A DNA stretch of 64,000 bases from an uncultured Planctomycetia bacterium. GTDB taxonomy: Bacteria; Planctomycetota; MHYJ01; CAYXQY01. This document shows positions 58,014 to 64,000 of the stretch, one piece after another; position 1 is the first letter of the stretch, and each line of letters starts with the position of its first letter. Below the pieces are notes generated by a model that searched no databases, had not been told where the DNA came from, and saw nothing but the letters and a program-made list of their open reading frames with translations. Location: positions 7,008 to 71,007 of the forward strand of contig CAZOLI010000009.1 of the NCBI GenBank assembly GCA_964580675.1. The letters are read 5' to 3'. Made by a program: the position numbers and the translations under genes.

Positions 58014-59267
58014 GTGACTGATAAGGATTATCCCGAAACCCCGGAATTGCGTGCCGTCGAAATTTTCCCCCAGAAGATCGAGGGACAACCTTCGCTCTGT
58101 TTAAAGGATCCTCTGGGATTCTCGCCCGGTGTTATGGTTGTCTCTCGGCAGGCGGGAATTTTGCTTTCGCGGTTCAACGGGCGGAATTCCCTGGACGAAA
58201 TTATACGAGAACTCAAACAAACCCCTCTGGAAATCTCACGCGAAGAACTAACGGCATTTGTTCGACAGTTAAACGAACACCTGTTCCTGAACTCCCGTCG
58301 TTTCCAGGAAGAACGAAAGAACATCATAAACGAATACCTGAATTCCGATGTTCGGGAACCTTCCAACGCCGGGGAAGCTTACCCGGAAGATCCCGATAAA
58401 TGTCGGGCGTATCTCTCGGACCTCCTCAATGACGAGGAAGAAAGGGAACAACCGGAGATGGAGCATATCACCAGTTTTATCGCCCCACACATCGACCTCG
58501 AACGGGGCTACCGGACGTATTCGAAAACGTACGCCCCCCTCGAACAGCAGTTCGAAGACGAATTGTTCGTTGTTCTGGGAACAAGCCACGCCCCCATGGA
58601 ACACCTGGTGTGCCCCTCGAAGAAAGATTACGTAACACCGGTTGGGACCATTCCAACGGATCGGGAGCTGGCCCGAACCCTCCTGGACGAGCTTCCCGGA
58701 AACCGCCGCCGGGATCGATTTCGTCACAAAAACGAACATTCCATCGAATTTCAGGCTCTGTTTCTTTCGCACCTGTCCGGAACGGATCCCGACAGAGCTT
58801 CCCTTCTTCCCGTGCTCTGTGCGCCATTTTCGGACCCGGAAACCGGCCGAATCCGGTCACCGGAACAACTCGAGAAACAACAACGGGAGATAGAAGTGCT
58901 TGATCGGATATTATCCCGGGTGGATCGGGACATCATATACGTCTGCGGTGCGGATCTCGCCCATGTGGGTCAGCGATTTGGGGATCAGAAACCACTGAAC
59001 GACAGCCATCTGGAATGGGTGGAACGGGAGGATCGAACCTCCCTTACACACTGTGAATCGCTTGACCCGGATAAGTTCCTGAAACACGTGAGGAAGAACA
59101 ACGATAGACGGCGGATTTGCGGGCTGCCCCCCATTTATCTCATGCTTCAGCTGATGGACGCCGATCGGGGAGAGCTGGTGGAATACCGGCAGGCAGTAAA
59201 CAAAAAGCAGGAAACGGCCGTCTCCTTCGCGGGCATGTACTTTTTCGGGGCGGAAGGACGGAAGTAA
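58014..59267 (+). CDS. MEMO1/AmmeMemoRadiSam protein B with N-terminal PqqD-like domain
   Basis: IAPHID, LGTSH, EHSIEFQ, GADLAHVG, ICG; N-terminal RFNGRNSLDEI...FVRQLNEHLFL; GTG start. Confidence 0.85.
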   Translation: MTDKDYPETPELRAVEIFPQKIEGQPSLCLKDPLGFSPGVMVVSRQAGILLSRFNGRNSLDEIIRELKQTPLEISREELTAFVRQLNEHLFLNSRRFQEERKNIINEYLNSDVREPSNAGEAYPEDPDKCRAYLSDLLNDEEEREQPEMEHITSFIAPHIDLERGYRTYSKTYAPLEQQFEDELFVVLGTSHAPMEHLVCPSKKDYVTPVGTIPTDRELARTLLDELPGNRRRDRFRHKNEHSIEFQALFLSHLSGTDPDRASLLPVLCAPFSDPETGRIRSPEQLEKQQREIEVLDRILSRVDRDIIYVCGADLAHVGQRFGDQKPLNDSHLEWVEREDRTSLTHCESLDPDKFLKHVRKNNDRRRICGLPPIYLMLQLMDADRGELVEYRQAVNKKQETAVSFAGMYFFGAEGRK

Positions 59268-59297
59268 AATGCGGTTGCCGGCAGGATCGTCCGTTCT

Positions 59298-59789
59298 TCA
59301 GACGCCGTTAACCTGGACAACCACTTCCCGATCCCGTGGACGATCCAACTCGAGGAGGAAAATTTCCTGCCATTCCCCGGTAACGACTTCTCCTTCCGAG
59401 ACCGGAAGGTGTTCGGACGGACCGATCGTCAGATGCCGGCAGTGTGAATGACCGTTTTCACACTCATCCGGATTCATGTTCACCGTTCGGATTTCGAAAT
59501 TATTGTGCCGGTAGGTCGCGTCCTCCGGGGCAATCTCCTCGAGAAAGGATTCAAAATCTTCCAGAAGAAGCGGTTCATTCTCCTGTATCACGATACCTGC
59601 CGTCGTGTGCTTGGAGAAGACAAATACTTTTCCTTCCTGAACATCCGCGTTATCCACCACTTCCTGAACCAGATCCGTAATTTCGATAAATTCAGGACCC
59701 TCATTGGTTTGAAAGGAAAGGGTCTCGGTATGGTATTGAACGGCTTTCCCGGTTGTTTCCGGCTGTGTCTGGCTTCTAATTTTATTCAT
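59298..59789 (-). CDS. yjbQ: YjbQ/UPF0047 family protein
   Basis: VFSKHTTAGIVIQENEP, YRHN, NGHSH, GEWQEIFLLELDRPRDR. Confidence 0.92.
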   Translation of the reverse strand: MNKIRSQTQPETTGKAVQYHTETLSFQTNEGPEFIEITDLVQEVVDNADVQEGKVFVFSKHTTAGIVIQENEPLLLEDFESFLEEIAPEDATYRHNNFEIRTVNMNPDECENGHSHCRHLTIGPSEHLPVSEGEVVTGEWQEIFLLELDRPRDREVVVQVNGV

Positions 59790-60031
59790 CTTCGTTCCGT
59801 GACAATGAAAAATCACAAAATTTGCCCACCCGTGCAGAACGAGTCACAGCATGCGGGTATCACCAATTTGATCCGCATTTTAGCAGAACCGGCAGGTCGT
59901 TACAAGTTCATATAACGGTGCGTGATTCGACAGCAGCCCCGTACTTATGATCTGTTCTATTTTTTGTACAATAATGGATCGCACGGGAAATGACGGACTG
60001 TTGAACGCCACAGAAAACCGGTCGAGGCAAA

Positions 60032-61111
60032 ATGAAGAAATCCGATCTACAGAACTTACTCCATTGGTTTCGGAAAAATGCAAGGGACCTTCCCTGGCGA
60101 AAGGAAAGCCGTTCACCGTATCTTGTCTGGGTGTCCGAAATCATGCTCCAGCAAACACGCGTTGACACGGTTGTACCGTATTTTCGGGAATTTATATCCC
60201 GGTTTCCCGACGTGGACGCCCTCGCCGAAGCGGACGAGGAGGAGGTACTGCAGGTCTGGGAAGGGCTCGGCTTTTACGCACGTGCCCGAAATCTTCACGA
60301 GGCCGCTGTCCTTGTACAGAATGAATATGGGGGATCCCTCCCCGCCGATTTTGACGAACTCCAGAACCTGCCCGGCATTGGACCCGCCACGGCGGCCGCC
60401 ATTATGTGTTTCGCTTTTCAGGGTTCGGTGCCCTACCTGGACGGCAATGTGTTTCGGGTCATCAGTCGCTATCACGGTTACACGGAAAACACGGAATCAT
60501 CGACCGGAAAAGAGTTTGTTCGAAATGCGGTCCGACAATGTTTCCATGATGAAGACGCCGGCAGGGTGAACGAAGCCCTCATAGAACTCGGAGCCCTTAT
60601 CTGCACCCCCACGTCACCGGCCTGCGACCGTTGTCCCATATCGGACAGCTGTACGGCTCTTATGAAAAACATACAGGAACAGCTGCCCTACCGCGGCGAA
60701 ACTCGTAATCGTCCGACTCGTACCCGCACTGCCGTGGCCGTTTACCGTGATAATGAACTCCTTCTTGTCCGGCGACCCTCGGAAGGCCTCCTTGGTGGTA
60801 TGTGGGAACTTCCCGCGCTCTGGGTAAAGGAAGAGGAGGAGCACGAAGAAACAGCCCGCCGAACCCTGCAATGGGCCCTGATAAACGGAGGAGAAATAAA
60901 AAAACAATTGGGGATGGTGCACCACGGATACAGCCACTTCAAACTCCGTATGCCGGTCTACCTCGCAGAAACCAGTGACGTTGAAACCACACACGATCTC
61001 TGGAATCACCGATGGTTAACGGCGTCCCGACACGAGAGTGTTCCCATCCATAACGCCGCCCGGAAGGGGCTCGAGCTCCTTTATGGCGAGGCCGAAAACG
61101 AATCGTCCTAA
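60032..61111 (+). CDS. mutY: A/G-specific adenine glycosylase
   Basis: RDLPWR, VSEIMLQQT, GLGFYARARNLH, LPGIG, DGNVFRV, C-x6-C-x2-C-x5-C Fe-S motif, NUDIX-like C-terminus. Confidence 0.97.
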   Translation: MKKSDLQNLLHWFRKNARDLPWRKESRSPYLVWVSEIMLQQTRVDTVVPYFREFISRFPDVDALAEADEEEVLQVWEGLGFYARARNLHEAAVLVQNEYGGSLPADFDELQNLPGIGPATAAAIMCFAFQGSVPYLDGNVFRVISRYHGYTENTESSTGKEFVRNAVRQCFHDEDAGRVNEALIELGALICTPTSPACDRCPISDSCTALMKNIQEQLPYRGETRNRPTRTRTAVAVYRDNELLLVRRPSEGLLGGMWELPALWVKEEEEHEETARRTLQWALINGGEIKKQLGMVHHGYSHFKLRMPVYLAETSDVETTHDLWNHRWLTASRHESVPIHNAARKGLELLYGEAENESS

Positions 61112-61246
61112 CGGATATCCGAACGGAACAGTCCTTCCGATGGGTGACGTTTTCCATACGAAAACCAATTGTGTACAATGTTTCCTGGTGTTTGAACCAC
61201 AAACCGTTCCGCGATTTTACCGCCAGTTTCTCAATTTGTTTCTCGA

Positions 61247-62218
61247 ATGAAGCGGCTTGCTGTCCTGACAAGCGGAGGAGACGCGCCCGGTATGAATGCG
61301 GCGGTACGTGCGACCGTTCGTTACGGAATCCATGAAGACCTGGAAATGTTTGCCGTACGACAGGGGTTCTCCGGCCTTCTGGGTGGACGAATCGATCCAA
61401 TCAGTGCCCGGGACGTCGGCAACATAATAGAACGAGCGGGCTCCGTCATTGGCTGTTCACGCGATGAGGAATTTAACAGTGAGGATGGAGTGAACAAAGC
61501 GGTTCGTGAATTGGAAGAGCAAAACATTCACGGACTGGTTGTCATCGGCGGTGACGGATCGATGAACGGCGCATATGAACTTGCGGAAAAAGGAATCAAG
61601 ATGGCGGGCGTCCCCGCAACAATCGATAACGATGTGCCGGAATCCGAAATGGCCATTGGCGTGGATACAGCCCTGAACGTTGCACTTAACGCCATTGATC
61701 AGCTCCGTGTTACGGCCTCCGCACTTCACCGGGGTAGCATTGTTGAAGTCATGGGTCGGAACCATGGATACATCGCGCTCCGCACAGGGCTGGCGGGTGG
61801 AGCGGAAGCCATCGTTATACCTGAGCTGGAAACGGATCCGGATCATCTGGCGGACACCATCCGTGACGCCAGTAATCGGGGGAAAACCCACGCACTCATC
61901 GTGGTTTCGGAGGGTGCACAGTACGATGCCAATGAACTCGTTGAATATTTTCAAAATCTGGATCAGGACATCGGGTTTCAACTGCGAAAAACGATTCTCG
62001 GTCATGTACAGAGAGGAGGAGATCCAACCGCCTTCGACCGGAACCTCGGGAGCCGACTCGGCGGGGAAGCGGTTCGCGCTCTGTGTTCGGGGGAGGCCTC
62101 ATGCATGATCGGCTGGAATCGTGGAAAACCGGAACGAATACCACTCAAGGGGATTGCCTTTCAGGACAAGGAACTTGACACCGAATTGATGGAACTTGCC
62201 CGCGTGCTCGCCCGTTAA
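61247..62218 (+). CDS. pfkA: ATP-dependent 6-phosphofructokinase
   Basis: TSGGDAPGMN, GGDGS, PATIDND, EVMGR, LGHVQRGG. Confidence 0.96.
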   Translation: MKRLAVLTSGGDAPGMNAAVRATVRYGIHEDLEMFAVRQGFSGLLGGRIDPISARDVGNIIERAGSVIGCSRDEEFNSEDGVNKAVRELEEQNIHGLVVIGGDGSMNGAYELAEKGIKMAGVPATIDNDVPESEMAIGVDTALNVALNAIDQLRVTASALHRGSIVEVMGRNHGYIALRTGLAGGAEAIVIPELETDPDHLADTIRDASNRGKTHALIVVSEGAQYDANELVEYFQNLDQDIGFQLRKTILGHVQRGGDPTAFDRNLGSRLGGEAVRALCSGEASCMIGWNRGKPERIPLKGIAFQDKELDTELMELARVLAR

Positions 62219-62230
62219 AAACAGAACACA

Positions 62231-63235
62231 ATGAAAGAAACACAGAATCGAGAGGAGCTGGAGCAAATTGCGAACCGGCTTGTCGCACCGGAGAAAGGCA
62301 TTCTTGCGGCGGATGAAAGTCGCAGCACGGCCGGGAAGCGACTGGCCCGGATCAACCTGGACAACAACCGGGAAAACCGGCGGCGGTATCGACAGTTATT
62401 CCTCACGTCGAACGGCTACGGGAAAGGGATCAGCGGTGTCATCCTGTTTCGGGAAACGCTCACCCAGACGGATGACGACGGAAAACCGTTTCTTGATTAC
62501 CTTCACGAGGAGGACGTTCTTCCGGGAGTAAAAGTGGACCGGGGACGTTCCGAGCTTCCCGGTTTCCCGGGCGAGGCGTTTACCGAGGGACTTGACGGCA
62601 TGCGGGAGCGCCTGAAAAAGTTCCGGGATCAGGGTGCGAAATTCACGAAATTTCGCTCGGTCATCAATATTGATGATCAGAAACCGTCCGAGCAGGCAGT
62701 TGAAGCGAATGCGCGTATACAGGCCCTGTATGCGGGCATCAGTCAGGAACTGAACCTGGTGCCGGTTGTGGAACCGGAGGTGCTTCTGCAGGGAGACCAC
62801 AGCATCCAAACCGCCGAATCCGTCACCTCCAGAACTCTTGAAAAGGTGTTCGACGAACTGAACAAATACCGGGTATTCCTGTCCGGTATGCTCCTGAAAT
62901 CAAGCATGGTGTTGCCCGGACCCGATCATCCTGAACAGACCGGCCCGGAGGAGGTGGCAAAGGCCACCCTGCGATGTCTCCACCGGTCGGTCCCGGATGA
63001 AGTACCGGGCGTGGTGTTCCTCTCCGGCGGTCAATCCCCGGAGGAAGCCACGAAAAATTTGGGTGCCATAAACCGGCTCGCGAATTCGGCGCCCTGGGAA
63101 CTGAGTTTTTCGTTCGGCCGTGCTCTGCAGGGGCCTTCCCTGGAGGCCTGGAACGGCGAACCGGACAACAGACATCGAGCACAGGAATTATTTCTGGAAC
63201 GTGTTCGGGAAACAAAAAAGGGCCGAACCGGTTAA
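62231..63235 (+). CDS. Class I fructose-bisphosphate aldolase (eukaryote-type)
   Basis: KGILAADES, GVKVDRG, FTKFRSVI, VPVVEPEV, LLKSSMV (Schiff-base Lys), FLSGGQS, SFSFGRALQ. Confidence 0.95.
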   Translation: MKETQNREELEQIANRLVAPEKGILAADESRSTAGKRLARINLDNNRENRRRYRQLFLTSNGYGKGISGVILFRETLTQTDDDGKPFLDYLHEEDVLPGVKVDRGRSELPGFPGEAFTEGLDGMRERLKKFRDQGAKFTKFRSVINIDDQKPSEQAVEANARIQALYAGISQELNLVPVVEPEVLLQGDHSIQTAESVTSRTLEKVFDELNKYRVFLSGMLLKSSMVLPGPDHPEQTGPEEVAKATLRCLHRSVPDEVPGVVFLSGGQSPEEATKNLGAINRLANSAPWELSFSFGRALQGPSLEAWNGEPDNRHRAQELFLERVRETKKGRTG

Positions 63236-63260
63236 TTGACCCGTTAAACAGAACACTCAC

Positions 63261-63947
63261 ATGAAATACCTTGCTGTATCGCCACATCCGGACGACGTCG
63301 ATTTTGGTTGTGCGGGGACGATGGCCAAACTGTGTGCGGAGGGGCATCACGTTGAAGAACTCATACTGACGGACGGTTCAAAAGGCAACAAACCCGGTAT
63401 AAACGACACGGACGAATTGGTTCAGATTCGGGAGGAGGAACAAAAACAGGCCGCGGAAGAACTCGGCCTGGCGGATGTAACGTTCCTGCGGATGGAGGAT
63501 GGAAACCTGACCAATACGGAGGATCTTCGACGCCATCTGGTGGCCGAAATTCGAGATAAACAGCCCGATGTCGTGTTCAGTTTTGATCCGGCCAACCGCA
63601 GTTTTCAGAACCGGTATCGAGCCCACCGGGATCACCGGCAGGGGGCACTTGCTGTTTTCGACGCCGTGTCCCCGGCGGCAAAAAATGCCGAGTATTTTCC
63701 GGAATTACTGGAAAGGGACCTGAAACCACACGCCGTCAAGGAATTCTGGTTCTTCGCCACAAATAACCCGAATCGGATCGTTAATATTTCGGAGGTTATG
63801 GAGATGAAGATCGACGCCCTTGGCTGTCACCGGACTCAGGTCCCGGACCGAGAATGGGTACAGGACCGCCTCTTCGACTATGGTCGGGGGGCGGCAAGTA
63901 ACAAATCGTTCGAATTTGGCGAGGCGTTCCGTATTCTGGAACTGTAA
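63261..63947 (+). CDS. PIG-L/LmbE-family N-acetyl deacetylase
   Basis: SPHPDD, LTDGSKG, REEEQ, HRDH, HRTQ, EAF. Confidence 0.9.
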   Translation: MKYLAVSPHPDDVDFGCAGTMAKLCAEGHHVEELILTDGSKGNKPGINDTDELVQIREEEQKQAAEELGLADVTFLRMEDGNLTNTEDLRRHLVAEIRDKQPDVVFSFDPANRSFQNRYRAHRDHRQGALAVFDAVSPAAKNAEYFPELLERDLKPHAVKEFWFFATNNPNRIVNISEVMEMKIDALGCHRTQVPDREWVQDRLFDYGRGAASNKSFEFGEAFRILEL

Positions 63948-64000
63948 GTATCCCCGGGGATTCCCGGAACCAGCATGACGATCTTTTCAAGAAGATGAGA

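Overview
A mostly housekeeping 64-kb bacterial segment, probably from an uncultured Planctomycetota. This is inferred from the TPR + double RNAP-alpha-CTD protein, the MoxR-DUF58-BatA-VWA cluster, several Zn-finger/TM proteins and a Ser/Thr kinase. It carries: a Wzc-type polysaccharide co-polymerase cut by the window edge; a PilT/PilU ATPase; rfbB; a split B12-dependent acyl-CoA mutase with isobutyryl-CoA-mutase-type residues plus meaB; holA; transaldolase; mutS; FapA; rluD; tRNA-Ala(UGC); a membrane-arm-only nuo cluster (A,H,J,K,L,M,N); glycerate kinase; a Leu/Val/Phe-type dehydrogenase; hisS; rpsF-rpsR-rplI; a MEMO-like protein; mutY; pfkA; and class I aldolase. I saw no integrase, transposase, CRISPR array or phage gene. 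The most unusual signals are non-coding. (1) A composite repeat family (microsatellite runs, a covarying hairpin and conserved modules) is shuffled many times at 5.9-7.15 kb and present again at 19.3-19.6 kb. (2) A 345-nt multi-hairpin element is closed by 25-bp inverted repeats after mutS. (3) A c-di-GMP-I-like three-way junction lies upstream of a VOC gene. Protein-level oddities are a degenerate PGRP-like amidase, an S6 with a ~150-aa acidic tail, an acidified stand-alone LacI-type HTH, and a Zn-finger gene separated from its TM partner by one in-frame stop. All calls come from manual reading; no database searches or folding programs were run.
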